A stretch of 64,000 nucleotides of DNA from Candidatus Micrarchaeota archaeon (GCA_016212475.1 JACRGC010000001.1:9862-73861), one strand, 5' to 3'; shown: positions 39,065 to 48,407, numbered from the stretch's first letter. Program-made: numbers and translations. Notes: a model not told the origin generated them from the sequence alone.

Positions 39065-39226
39065 ATGGTCCTAAAAGAAGAAGCGTGCTGCCCAAAGTGC
39101 TTTACATTCCAATCATTCATTGTCCCGCTGAATTTCAGCATTACGGATACCAGTTTTAGGTGCCCAAGGAACACAACCCACGTATTTGAGGAGGATGAGG
39201 AAGGTTTTTTGCATAGCAAGGCGTGA
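39065..39226 (+). CDS. Small Zn-ribbon protein (53 aa), below the ORF-track cutoff
   Basis: MVLKEEACCPKCFTFQSFIVPLNFSITDTSFRCPRNTTHVFEEDEEGFLHSKA*; GGTGAT RBS upstream. Confidence 0.7.
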   Translation: MVLKEEACCPKCFTFQSFIVPLNFSITDTSFRCPRNTTHVFEEDEEGFLHSKA

Positions 39227-39268
39227 TTTGGTTTATCTGGTCTATATCCTTTACTCCAAGTTCGTAAA

Positions 39269-39574
39269 TTACACTAATTCGGCATTGATTTTCATAAGCA
39301 TCCCTTCCAAATCATTGTAATCGTCTTTCCTTTCTAAAATGCAGGCAATTATGATATTTGGCTCGATAATCAAATAGATTAACCTGCTCTCCTTCCCATC
39401 CAAGTTTAACCTAACCCTGAAAACCTTGGAGTAAAGTTTCGAATGGATTCTTTTGAAATGGTGGGGGTTAAGCTTAATCAAATCAATTTTGGCTCCAATT
39501 AGTTTCCTTGCCTTATCGCTAAGGCTTCTGATCTGCTCCAGAAAAGTCCTCGTGGTTTTTATTTCGAAGCTCAT
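39269..39574 (-). CDS. RelE/ParE-like toxin
   Basis: FEIKTTRTFLEQIRSL, LIKLNPHH, FRVR, RLIYLI. Confidence 0.75.
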   Translation of the reverse strand: MSFEIKTTRTFLEQIRSLSDKARKLIGAKIDLIKLNPHHFKRIHSKLYSKVFRVRLNLDGKESRLIYLIIEPNIIIACILERKDDYNDLEGMLMKINAELV

Positions 39575-39825
39575 TTGCCAAGTGCCGCCCTAAGTTCCTT
39601 CTCCCCCACGAGCTGCTTTTTCCTTAAGCTTGATTCTATTAACTTGTCAATTAAGTTTATTTCCTTTTCGGTAAAGCTTTCATCAAATTCCTTCCTATCA
39701 AACACCTTTTCCCTAACGCTTTCGTAAATTACCTCCTGGACGTTCCTATAGCCGTAATTGTGGGCATATTTCCGTGCGGCGGCAACAAGCTTTGGCGGCA
39801 TCTTGAGGTTGATTTGATTTTGCAT
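39571..39825 (-). CDS. RHH-type antitoxin
   Basis: QINLKMPPKL...YGYRNVQEVI; ATGA overlap with the toxin. Confidence 0.72.
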   Translation of the reverse strand: MQNQINLKMPPKLVAAARKYAHNYGYRNVQEVIYESVREKVFDRKEFDESFTEKEINLIDKLIESSLRKKQLVGEKELRAALGK

Positions 39826-39827
39826 AT

Positions 39828-39847
39828 ATATCTATAGATATCTATAG
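39828..39847. promoter_or_regulatory. Overlapping palindromes, probable antitoxin operator
   Basis: ATATCTATAGATAT and CTATAGATATCTATAG immediately upstream of the antitoxin start. Confidence 0.55.
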
Positions 39848-39994
39848 CTACTTGAGTTTATATTTCTTGTTGTTGGCAATTACGCAAGGTGAATTCGATC
39901 TTTAATTGCTATATTTGCTATTTTCGCAAGATTTCTTGTATTTTACGGTTTATATCGGTCAAATACTAATTCAAAAGAAATTATAGTGATTTTC

Positions 39995-40471
39995 CTAATC
40001 TCTCAATTTAGCAAATTCTGTTTTGTTTGAGATAGCTTTCAATTGTCTTAATATTAAAGATCTTGTTTTACTTGCATTAGCTGCTTTTTTGTCTAACCTA
40101 ATATACCCCTTCACAAAACGTCTCTCATCGATTGTCCTTTTTTTGCCAGAAGAGGTTTGGTTGATAGCTCTGTGACATAAAATTCTATGAATGTTAACCT
40201 GTTCTATCAAATCCTCCAAACTTTGAGGGAGAATGTCTAACCTTTTTTCAAGATTCCCTCTAGTGAACTCCTTATTTGCGACCTTGAATTTTAATGAACT
40301 TTTTCCACTTCGATTACCGTATTTTATGGCATCTCTTTTTTCCGTAGTTAGATAACCAAGTATTGTCCGTAACATAATCTCGTCAGGTATATGCTTAATT
40401 AGTCCCTGCATTAGAGGTCTAGAACTGGGTGATATTTTTTTCTCCAAAGAGGAAATTTTATCTTCGTTCAT
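39995..40471 (-). CDS. Hypothetical AT-rich basic protein, translationally coupled to rtcB
   Basis: 158-aa ORF; ATGA overlap with the rtcB stop. Confidence 0.55.
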   Translation of the reverse strand: MNEDKISSLEKKISPSSRPLMQGLIKHIPDEIMLRTILGYLTTEKRDAIKYGNRSGKSSLKFKVANKEFTRGNLEKRLDILPQSLEDLIEQVNIHRILCHRAINQTSSGKKRTIDERRFVKGYIRLDKKAANASKTRSLILRQLKAISNKTEFAKLRD

Positions 40472-41933
40472 CCTTTTATCACTCCAACCGGCACCATCTT
40501 CGCAACAATTTTGCTAATTCCAGCTTGTTCAACCGCTCTTACAACCTCATCAACATTCTTGTAGGCTCCGCCGGCTTCTTCTGCCAATAAATCATAGCTT
40601 CCGGCCTGGATTGCTTGCCCCTTAGCTTCCATTTGCTTGACAATATCCCTTCCTGAAAATCTTCGCACAGCTTCATGCCTACTCATTACCCTTCCGGCTC
40701 CATGGCAAGAGCTTCCAAATGTCAATGCAGCGCCAGGCATTCCGCAAAGCAAATAAGAAGCGGTATTCATCGAGCCCGGAATAATCACTGGTTGCCCCAC
40801 GTTTCTGTAAGCTTGTGGAATTTCCTTCCTGCCTTTCCAAAATGCGCGCGTTGCGCCTTTCCTATGCACGCAAACTTTCTTGGTTTTGCCTTCAACCTCA
40901 TGCTCTTCAAATTTGGCAATGTTGTGGCAAACATCGTAAACCAAATCCATCCCAAGGGATTCCCAAGTGCTTCCAAATACCTGCGCAAAAGTTTCCCTAG
41001 CCCAATGCGTCATTAACTGCCGATTATTGAACGCAAAATTGATTGCAGTTCTCATTGCCTGCAAATAATCCTGCGATTCCCTAGCATGCAAAGGAGCATA
41101 TGAAAGCTCCCTATCCGGCAATTGCCAATTATTTTTCTGGATTGCTCCCATCATGGTTCGAATAAAATCATCGCAAATCTGATGCCCATACCCCCGGCTT
41201 CCGGAATGCACCATGATTGTAATTTGGCCTTCTCCAGTAATTCCAAAAGCTTTTGCAATTTCCGGATCGAAAATTTTCTCAACCCGCTGTACTTCCATGA
41301 AATGATTCCCAGCTCCAAGCGTTCCAATCTGCGGGCCTCCCCTTTTTTTTGCCATATCGGATACTTTTGAATAATCACTATCGCCAAAATAACCATTCTC
41401 CTCGCAATGATCCAAATCCTTGGATGTTGCGTACCCTTGCCGATGCGCCCATTTCAGCCCATCTGTTACAGCTTCCTCCAACTGCTGCGGGTTAAGCCTT
41501 ACTTTGCTTTTGCTCCCAACTCCGGATGGAACGTTTTCATAAAGTTTCCCAACCAGCTGCTTGAGTTTTGGGGAAACATCCCTAACATTCAAATCCGTTC
41601 GAATTAGCCTTACGCCACAGTTGATATCTTAGTCCGTTTATTTGAAACTCAATTAAACGTATAACCAACTCCACCGGGCGAAACAATCCCTTCTTCCGGA
41701 TCAAATGCAGCTACCCCTCCAATTGGAAATCCATATCCTTCATGCCCATCTGGCATAACATAGGAAGCTTCCAAAATCCCAGGAAGATGCGCAACATTTT
41801 GAGCTTGTTTTAATGTTCGATCCGTCATCATCTTATCTAGCATTTCTTTTGTTGAAACAACTCTTACCGGAACGCGCATTTCGCCCTCCTTTGGATACTC
41901 ATAAATAGCGTTTTGAAATTCTTTTGCTATCAC
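40468..41933 (-). CDS. rtcB: RNA-splicing ligase RtcB; exon 1 41933-41661, exon 2 41628-40468; 477 aa after splicing
   Basis: [24 protein letters not shown]|[48 protein letters not shown]; all motifs intact once 32 nt are removed. Confidence 0.93.
41629..41660 (-). other. 32-nt BHB-type mRNA intron in rtcB
   Basis: ACGUUUAAUUGAGUUUCAAAUAAACGGACUAA; inner stem CGUUUA/UAAACG plus UUGA/UCAA; central helix GGUU/GACU; bulges AU^A and AA^G match the protein-defined junctions exactly. Confidence 0.85.
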
Positions 41934-42103
41934 ACCATCACCTCAACTTCAATACAATGATTTTTGAGTTTTTTTAACCTATTGTTGGAGCAAAGACTGC
42001 CAAGGTTCATTTTGAATCAACCCCAATCAATGCCCATTGCCCATTTCTTAATCTCCTCCCCATAAGCAAAACCATTATTAACTTTGTAACTAAACTTCTC
42101 TTT

Positions 42104-43237
42104 ATGTCAAGGACAATTAGGAAAAGGCATGCTTACCGTGCAAAAAACGTCCTCCTAACAGACGTTCCAAGCATTTCAAAAACCGTAAACAAGGCAGTTG
42201 CAACCCTATCAAGCAAAGTTTCAATCAAATCCCTAGTTCCAAAGAAAAACCAAAAGAAAATAGAGGATATAAAATCCCTAGAGGAAGTCAAATCAACTGC
42301 AGATATTGCTGTTTCAACCGCCCTAATCGATCAAGTGATTGGCCAGGAGCGGGGAATTAATGTGATCCGCAAGGCCTCTTCCCAAAAGAGAAATGTTTTG
42401 CTTGTTGGAACCCCTGGAACCGGAAAGAGCATGCTTGCGCAGGCAATGGCCGAACTTATGCCAATTGAAGAGCTTCAAGACATTTTGGTTTATGCGAACA
42501 GGGAAGATGACAATGTCCCAAAAATCAAGACAATGAAAGCCGGCGAAGGAAGAAAGATGATTTCAAGCGAGAGGATGCAAACCCGCATGACCGCTGGAAA
42601 TTCCAACATGATGATGATGGGCTTCATGATGCTTTCGATGCTAATTGGGCTTTACATACTTCCGAAATATTTTGATTCAGTAATTGTTGCGGCAATGCTG
42701 ATTGGTGTTTTTCTTATGAGCGCGGCGCTGATGTTTGCAATGCAGCTAGGAAGAGGCAGGATGTTTGATGCAAGCGATACTGCAAAGCTGATAGTTGATA
42801 ATACCGGAAAAAAGAACGCTCCATTTGTTGATGCGACCGGCAGCAGGGCGGGCGCTCTTCTTGGCGATGTCAAGCACGACCCTTTCCAGTCATTCGAAGG
42901 AAAAACAATAGTTGAACTTAACGGTGAAAAATTCGCCCTTGAAAAGCTTTGGGATGATTATTCCCAAAAATACCCAATTGAAAAAGGAAAAGATGGGTAT
43001 GAGGCAATTGTACTTCCAAAGAAGGACAAATCAAAAATAACAGCTTCAAAGAAAGGCAAAAAAGTTGCTGCAAAGCTTCTAATCATAAACCGCCGGCCCT
43101 ACAAGGGAAAAATGATTGAAATAAAATCGGGCAAGAATAAACTTCTAACAACCCCCGAGCATGGCTACATTTCAAACCCATCTACAAAGAAAGCCAAAAA
43201 CCTAAGGAAAGGCGCAAAAATTTACATTGCAAACTGA
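42104..43237 (+). CDS. lonB: N-terminal part of archaeal LonB protease fused to an N-terminal intein fragment
   Basis: IDQVIGQE, Walker A GTPGTGKS, two TMs, GALLGDVKHDPFQ, then intein sequence and stop; Walker B and protease domain absent. Confidence 0.85.
   Translation: MSRTIRKRHAYRAKNVLLTDVPSISKTVNKAVATLSSKVSIKSLVPKKNQKKIEDIKSLEEVKSTADIAVSTALIDQVIGQERGINVIRKASSQKRNVLLVGTPGTGKSMLAQAMAELMPIEELQDILVYANREDDNVPKIKTMKAGEGRKMISSERMQTRMTAGNSNMMMMGFMMLSMLIGLYILPKYFDSVIVAAMLIGVFLMSAALMFAMQLGRGRMFDASDTAKLIVDNTGKKNAPFVDATGSRAGALLGDVKHDPFQSFEGKTIVELNGEKFALEKLWDDYSQKYPIEKGKDGYEAIVLPKKDKSKITASKKGKKVAAKLLIINRRPYKGKMIEIKSGKNKLLTTPEHGYISNPSTKKAKNLRKGAKIYIAN
42890..43234 (+). other. Intein N-fragment (115 aa), candidate natural split intein
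   Basis: Starts SFEGKTIV at the HDPFQ/S Lon intein site; block B TTPEH; ends AKNLRKGAKIYIAN followed by stop. Confidence 0.75.
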
Positions 43238-43245
43238 GGTTTTCC

Positions 43246-43683
43246 ATGAATAGCAAAGCGCAGGTTGGGATGGAATACATTCTTTTGCTTGCAGCCCTGA
43301 TTTTGCTTGCAGCTGGGATTTACAGTCTTTCCAGGTCAAACATCATTGCTCCAAGCGGAATTAGTATTTCAAATACGTCCGGAAACACCGGCAATGTGTT
43401 TGCAACAGTTGGCGGATCCGCTCCAATAATTTCAAATTTAAATGTTACAAATGGGCCTGGAATTTCAGAAGTTACAATCACTTGGGATACCAACATTGCC
43501 TCGACATCAACAGTGAACTACGGGGTTTCATCAAACCTTGGGACTCTTCTTGGTTCAAATACGGTTTTGCAAAAGCACTCTGTCAAAATTAAGGCCCAGG
43601 CCGGCACATATTTCTACAAGGTCACAAGCTGCGATCCTGCAGGAACTTGCGCATCGAGTGCAATTGAAACGCTAACTATTTGA
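43246..43683 (+). CDS. Class III signal-peptide (pilin-like) protein with FN3/Ig-like domain
   Basis: KAQVGMEYILLLAA; VTITWDTN..STSTVNYG, YFYKVTSCD. Confidence 0.8.
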   Translation: MNSKAQVGMEYILLLAALILLAAGIYSLSRSNIIAPSGISISNTSGNTGNVFATVGGSAPIISNLNVTNGPGISEVTITWDTNIASTSTVNYGVSSNLGTLLGSNTVLQKHSVKIKAQAGTYFYKVTSCDPAGTCASSAIETLTI

Positions 43684-43720
43684 AAATAGGGCTAAAAAAA
43701 ATAAACTGCTAAAACCAGGC

Positions 43721-44131
43721 TTATTCTTCTCCGCGCATCCTAAGCAATAGCTTCCTTCCCATGGTTTCCATGTATTCGATTTCCCTTCCGGATTCCATGG
43801 AAGATTTTATATCATCAGGAACTTCGACTTCGAAGGTTTCATAGCTGGATAAATCCATCAATTGCGCGCTGTTTCCAGTAACCGCAACAATTTGAGCCCT
43901 TTTCCTCTCAATTATTGGGATTTCAACATCCCCATCAGAAGGCTTCATGATCGATCTTTTTGTGTTATCGAATAATCCAATTGCAACCACATTCATTTTG
44001 GCAGCTCCATGCTTTCCTGGCTTGCTCTTATCAATAGAAACGACTTTGCATGGCACATCCTCAATTATTACGTATTTGCCTACTTTCAAATCTCCCATAG
44101 AACCATAAATTTTGTCAACCATCACATTCAC
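43721..44131 (-). CDS. eif5a: Translation factor aIF5A
   Basis: Hypusination motif SKPGKHGAAK. Confidence 0.96.
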   Translation of the reverse strand: MNVMVDKIYGSMGDLKVGKYVIIEDVPCKVVSIDKSKPGKHGAAKMNVVAIGLFDNTKRSIMKPSDGDVEIPIIERKRAQIVAVTGNSAQLMDLSSYETFEVEVPDDIKSSMESGREIEYMETMGRKLLLRMRGEE

Positions 44132-44255
44132 CCAAATATATGAAACTAAAATCAGCGTTCTTTTATATTTCGCTCCAAATGTTTATAAGACCCTCCTTAA
44201 GCTGGTCCGCAATCCATTTTAATAGCTTAAATCCGATATTTGTTGAAGTGAGCAA

Positions 44256-45308
44256 ATGGCAAGGCAAATTGAAGAACTTGGCGATAGATTAGTGGCCGCT
44301 GGCTTTACTTTGGAGCAATCAAATCGGCTTGAATCAAACCTTAATTTTGAATCCCATTTCAAAAACAAGACGGCTAGTGCAATAAAAGAAAAAATCAACT
44401 CCATTTCGAAAATTTATGGCGTAAAAAACAGCGTGGTTAGGAAAATGCTGGTTTCTTTCCCCACTTTTGCAAATTTCGACCATGATCGGGTGATTTCAAA
44501 GGCAACAAAGGTCTATGGGAGCAAACCGCAAGTGATTGCAGCCATACTGAAACATCCCTCATTTATCAGCCTCGATCATAATCGGGTAGTTGCAGCTGCA
44601 GCTGACATTTATGGGGGCAAACCTTTAGTCAAAAAAATAATACTCAAATTCCCCCCATTTGCCAGTTATAACCATGCTAGGGTAATTCGTGACGTTGTTG
44701 GTATCTATGGAAACGAACCCGCAGTCAAAAAAGCAATCCTTTCATGGCCCCAATTTGCCGGTTTTGACCATTCGCGGGTTATTGCGGATGCAAATAAAAT
44801 TTACGGAAATTCAGATAAGGTGAAGCGGGCGATTCTTGCATTTCCGCCATTTGCCGGGCTTGACCATGAACGTGTAATCAGGCAGGCAACGCAAGTTTAT
44901 GGAAACGAGGAAGCAGTAAAAAAAGCCATACTCTCATTTCCCGCTTTCGCTTCATATGATCATCGAAAAGTTATGAGAAAACTAACAAAAATTGGAAAAT
45001 TGGTTGGTTTCCCAAAAGGGGAAATTTCCGGAAAAGTTCTTAAATTTCCCGCACTTGCAAGCTATTCGTCGAGGAGGTATTTTGCAGGAATTGATGCGGC
45101 AAGAGAGCTGGAAAGAATGGGCCTTGACGGCAACGGATCTGCTTTAAGGATAGCTTTGAGCAATGTCAACCTATCCCCCTATGTGCCAAACACTAACCGG
45201 CTAAGGATCAGCAAGGCCAAAAAATTGGGCAAATTCGCCGAACCAAAATTCATGATGCAACTGCGAAGAAGTCTGGTTAGGGAAATAGATAGGCAAAAAG
45301 TGAAATAA
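44256..45308 (+). CDS. Helical 32-aa tandem repeat protein (mTERF-like pattern)
   Basis: 6-7 repeats of YG-x4-V-x2-AIL-x-FP-x-FA-x2-DH-x-RV. Confidence 0.75.
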   Translation: MARQIEELGDRLVAAGFTLEQSNRLESNLNFESHFKNKTASAIKEKINSISKIYGVKNSVVRKMLVSFPTFANFDHDRVISKATKVYGSKPQVIAAILKHPSFISLDHNRVVAAAADIYGGKPLVKKIILKFPPFASYNHARVIRDVVGIYGNEPAVKKAILSWPQFAGFDHSRVIADANKIYGNSDKVKRAILAFPPFAGLDHERVIRQATQVYGNEEAVKKAILSFPAFASYDHRKVMRKLTKIGKLVGFPKGEISGKVLKFPALASYSSRRYFAGIDAARELERMGLDGNGSALRIALSNVNLSPYVPNTNRLRISKAKKLGKFAEPKFMMQLRRSLVREIDRQKVK

Positions 45309-46114
45309 TGGAAATAGTTTTTTTAGGCAATGGAGGCGGAAGAATTGTATTGGATCAGCAGATACTCCCAACCGCAGGTTTTCGCATCAATTCAAAAAAT
45401 TTCAAGATGCATGTGGATCCGGGCCCTGGAGCGCTTGTCAAAAGCATCGAGCATAAGCAGACTCCTTGGGAATTGGACGCCCTTTTTGTTTCCCATTGCC
45501 ATATCGACCATTGCAATGATGCAAACATGATGATTGAATCGCTTAATTTTGGCAATTTCAGGGGCGGCAGGGGGACTTTGATTGGAGCTGAAAGTGTGGT
45601 AAATGGCAAAGGAACATTCGAAAAGCAGCTGGATGATTATTTTAAGAACATGCTAAAACTTTGCAAACCCTTATCCGCTAGCCAAACCCACAAATTTTCC
45701 GATTCAATTTCAATCAAGGCAACAAAAACCGTGCATGAAGACCCTTCCGATATAGGCTTTGTCCTTTCAATTGAAGGGCTCAAAATCGGCTACACTTCCG
45801 ATACTGAATATTTCCAAGGAATTTCTGAAGAATATGAGGGTTGCGATTTTCTGATTTTCAACTGCCTCCGTCCTGATAACGACCATTTGGAATTCCATTT
45901 CTCTTCGCAGGATGTGATCAAAACCGTAAATGGCATGAAAACAAAACCTCTAGCGATTTTCATAACCCATTTGGGAATGAAATTCCTAAATGCCGGAAAA
46001 GAAGCGCAGCAAAAAAAGATAGAAGAAAATACCGGAGTTAAAACAATGCTTGCAAGTGAAGGGCTAAAAGTTGACCTCCATGAGCTATCAAGCAAGCAGA
46101 AAAAACTAGTTTAA
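45308..46114 (+). CDS. MBL-fold metallohydrolase
   Basis: FLGNGGGR, VDPGPGAL, SHCHIDHCND, YTSDT. Confidence 0.88.
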   Translation: MEIVFLGNGGGRIVLDQQILPTAGFRINSKNFKMHVDPGPGALVKSIEHKQTPWELDALFVSHCHIDHCNDANMMIESLNFGNFRGGRGTLIGAESVVNGKGTFEKQLDDYFKNMLKLCKPLSASQTHKFSDSISIKATKTVHEDPSDIGFVLSIEGLKIGYTSDTEYFQGISEEYEGCDFLIFNCLRPDNDHLEFHFSSQDVIKTVNGMKTKPLAIFITHLGMKFLNAGKEAQQKKIEENTGVKTMLASEGLKVDLHELSSKQKKLV

Positions 46115-46165
46115 GGAAAAGAAAAGCAACGCATTTCAAGAAGTAATGCAAGTCCCCTCCTAATT

Positions 46166-47104
46166 TCAATTAAAAATCAAAGTTGCAAATGCAAGCAATC
46201 CAAGAAGGATTGCAACAAGCGTGTAGTTCCTTGTTTTTTTGAAGTTTTTCTCATTTTGCTTATCTGCAAGCAGCAAAAGCGATTTGATCAGCAACAGGTT
46301 GTTTGCATAAATCAGGAATGCATACGGCGAAACATATTGCTGTTGCATTGGCTGCCAGCTTAGCATTATTGCTATTCCAAAAAGAACCGCTGCCAACAGG
46401 ATCGTGTTTTTTGGTCCAAGAGCCATTGGAAGCGTTTTTGCCCCGATTTTCCTATCCCCCTCAACATCCCTAAGAGTGATGATCAATTCCCTTCCAACCC
46501 CTGCAAAAAACGAAATCCCAACAAAGAGCAGAATTATTGGCTGAATAACTAGAGCAACTGCAAAATTCCCGTAAATGAATGAGATTGCCATGCTGCTTGC
46601 AATGAAAACGTTCCCAACCAATGGAAGAGGCTTCAAAACCTTATCATAGATTGCAGAAAGGAATGCAAAAACCAGTGCAATTGCAAAGCAATTGAAATTG
46701 ACAAATAGCGAAAGCAAAAGCCCAAGGCACATGAGGAATAGGGATGCCTTCAAAGCGATTTCCTTTCCAATTCTTCCTCCAACAATGGGCCGTTCCTTCC
46801 TTCCATTGAGCCTATCCGTTTCAAACCCGAAATAATCATTCAAAATGAACGCTCCGGCTGTTATAAAAAATGGTCCAAGCGCTGGAAACAAATTGGCATA
46901 TGTAATAGCAAAACTCCCTCCGGAAAATTTGGCGGATAGCGCCTGCGAAATAACTATTGCAATTGCAACAAGCGCGGAATGCTCTATGCGCGCAAGTTTT
47001 AGCCAGTCATTCAAACTTCCAATCTTTGAAGAAGTGCCCTTGCTCTTGTTAGGTGCCAAATCCCTTTTCCTTCCATTTCTTATTTTATTTTTCTTTTTTG
47101 CCAT
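46166..47104 (-). CDS. UbiA-family prenyltransferase (DGGGP synthase-like)
   Basis: NDYFGFETDRLN..RP, GRELIITLRDVEGDRKIGAKTLP. Confidence 0.85.
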   Translation of the reverse strand: MAKKKNKIRNGRKRDLAPNKSKGTSSKIGSLNDWLKLARIEHSALVAIAIVISQALSAKFSGGSFAITYANLFPALGPFFITAGAFILNDYFGFETDRLNGRKERPIVGGRIGKEIALKASLFLMCLGLLLSLFVNFNCFAIALVFAFLSAIYDKVLKPLPLVGNVFIASSMAISFIYGNFAVALVIQPIILLFVGISFFAGVGRELIITLRDVEGDRKIGAKTLPMALGPKNTILLAAVLFGIAIMLSWQPMQQQYVSPYAFLIYANNLLLIKSLLLLADKQNEKNFKKTRNYTLVAILLGLLAFATLIFN

Positions 47105-47106
47105 TT

Positions 47107-47943
47107 TCAGATCGCAAGTATTTTTGGCGTCTTTTCCCTTATATATACTAGCACGCAAAGGCTTAGCAGTGGAAACACAACCAGGTACGCAAAATAGATA
47201 TCATTTGGAGTAAGCGTCAATGAAAGCACTGCCGAACCTATGACAACATACGTTGCAAAAAGTGCAGGGACAATGCAGCTAACCGCAATGAATGCAATTC
47301 CAAGAAGGGATGATTTTGCAAAATATTCCTGCGCTTTGGTTTTTTGATGAAAAGAAACCTGGTCTGCAAGATTGGCAATTCCACTGGATTTTGCGCCCGA
47401 CCTGTATTCGGCTATCAGCAATTGGCAAGCCTTCCTTGCAAATTCGCTATCAACCCTTCTTCCAATATTTGAAATCGCTTTTTCCATCCCCAAAATTTCC
47501 ATTTCACGAAGAACAATTGAAAATTCCTCCCCAAGTTCCCCAAATCCCCCATTGGAAACATCCTTGAGGATTTTCTCAAATGGCAAATCCATTTCAATTT
47601 TAAGTGAAATTGCCCTAAGCGCCATTGGAAGGTGGATTTCAATTTCCTCCGCTCGCTTTTTTTTCAGGTAAAACGGAAGGAAAAGAATAAGCGAAACAAA
47701 AATCAGAATTGCAATTGGCAAAAACAGCAAAGCAGCAAAATTGCCCGAGTAATAAAACGCAATCAGTGAACCTAAAATTCCGGAAAATACGCCAACCGTA
47801 ATTGAAAACTGCGCCCACTCCCATGCCAAAACATCAATTTTTGAAAATTCAAGTTCTTTTTGCAAAAAATCAAAGTTAGAATTAGGGATATATCTATTCC
47901 ATTCAACCAATGAAGCAATTTCCCGAATTATTTGGCTTTTCAA
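47107..47943 (-). CDS. Type II secretion F / TadC-like pilus assembly membrane protein
   Basis: IEIHLPMALRAIS, GFGELGEEF; TM segments. Confidence 0.8.
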   Translation of the reverse strand: MKSQIIREIASLVEWNRYIPNSNFDFLQKELEFSKIDVLAWEWAQFSITVGVFSGILGSLIAFYYSGNFAALLFLPIAILIFVSLILFLPFYLKKKRAEEIEIHLPMALRAISLKIEMDLPFEKILKDVSNGGFGELGEEFSIVLREMEILGMEKAISNIGRRVDSEFARKACQLLIAEYRSGAKSSGIANLADQVSFHQKTKAQEYFAKSSLLGIAFIAVSCIVPALFATYVVIGSAVLSLTLTPNDIYFAYLVVFPLLSLCVLVYIREKTPKILAI

Positions 47944-47972
47944 TCAAATTTCGTCTCCCACGACAAAATTAA

Positions 47973-48407
47973 TTACTTTTTCTTCTTCTTTTCAGCTGGC
48001 TTTTCCTCCTTTGGCTTTTGGTCCTTTGGAGTCAATTTGTAACCAAGCTCTTCAAGCGTTTTTGGTCCGTATTCGACAATCTTCAAATTAAGTTGGTGGA
48101 TTGAAGCGGAAACAGTGTTGCCAACAATTGCCTTCATCTTCCTAAAACCTTTCCTTCTGATTTTGATCCCAGGCGCCCTTGACAATACCAGTTTGGTTCT
48201 TTTTTGTCCTTGCACTTCTGGCCTCATTGGTATGCCATCCTTGTCGGATCCGCCCCTAATTTCCAGAGTATAGCCTGGAAGATCTGCAATGAAATTCCCA
48301 TCCACTTTTTCCCCAACTTTCTTGCCATAAAGCATGGCCTCCTTTTCCTTTGGGATTTCCTTTTGATAGCTCTTCCCTGCCTTCACATCATTTAATACCA
48401 ATTTCAT
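47973..48407 (-). CDS. rps6e: Ribosomal protein S6e
   Basis: LPGYTLEIRGGSDKDGIPMR, GNTVS..IHQLN. Confidence 0.95.
   Translation of the reverse strand: MKLVLNDVKAGKSYQKEIPKEKEAMLYGKKVGEKVDGNFIADLPGYTLEIRGGSDKDGIPMRPEVQGQKRTKLVLSRAPGIKIRRKGFRKMKAIVGNTVSASIHQLNLKIVEYGPKTLEELGYKLTPKDQKPKEEKPAEKKKKK

Noticed and set aside
40468-41933. rtcB as a pseudogene, programmed frameshift or two-subunit gene
   Set aside because: A discrete 32-nt insert whose ends match BHB cut sites; both exons are intact, and the catalytic DINC lies upstream of the first possible start in exon 2
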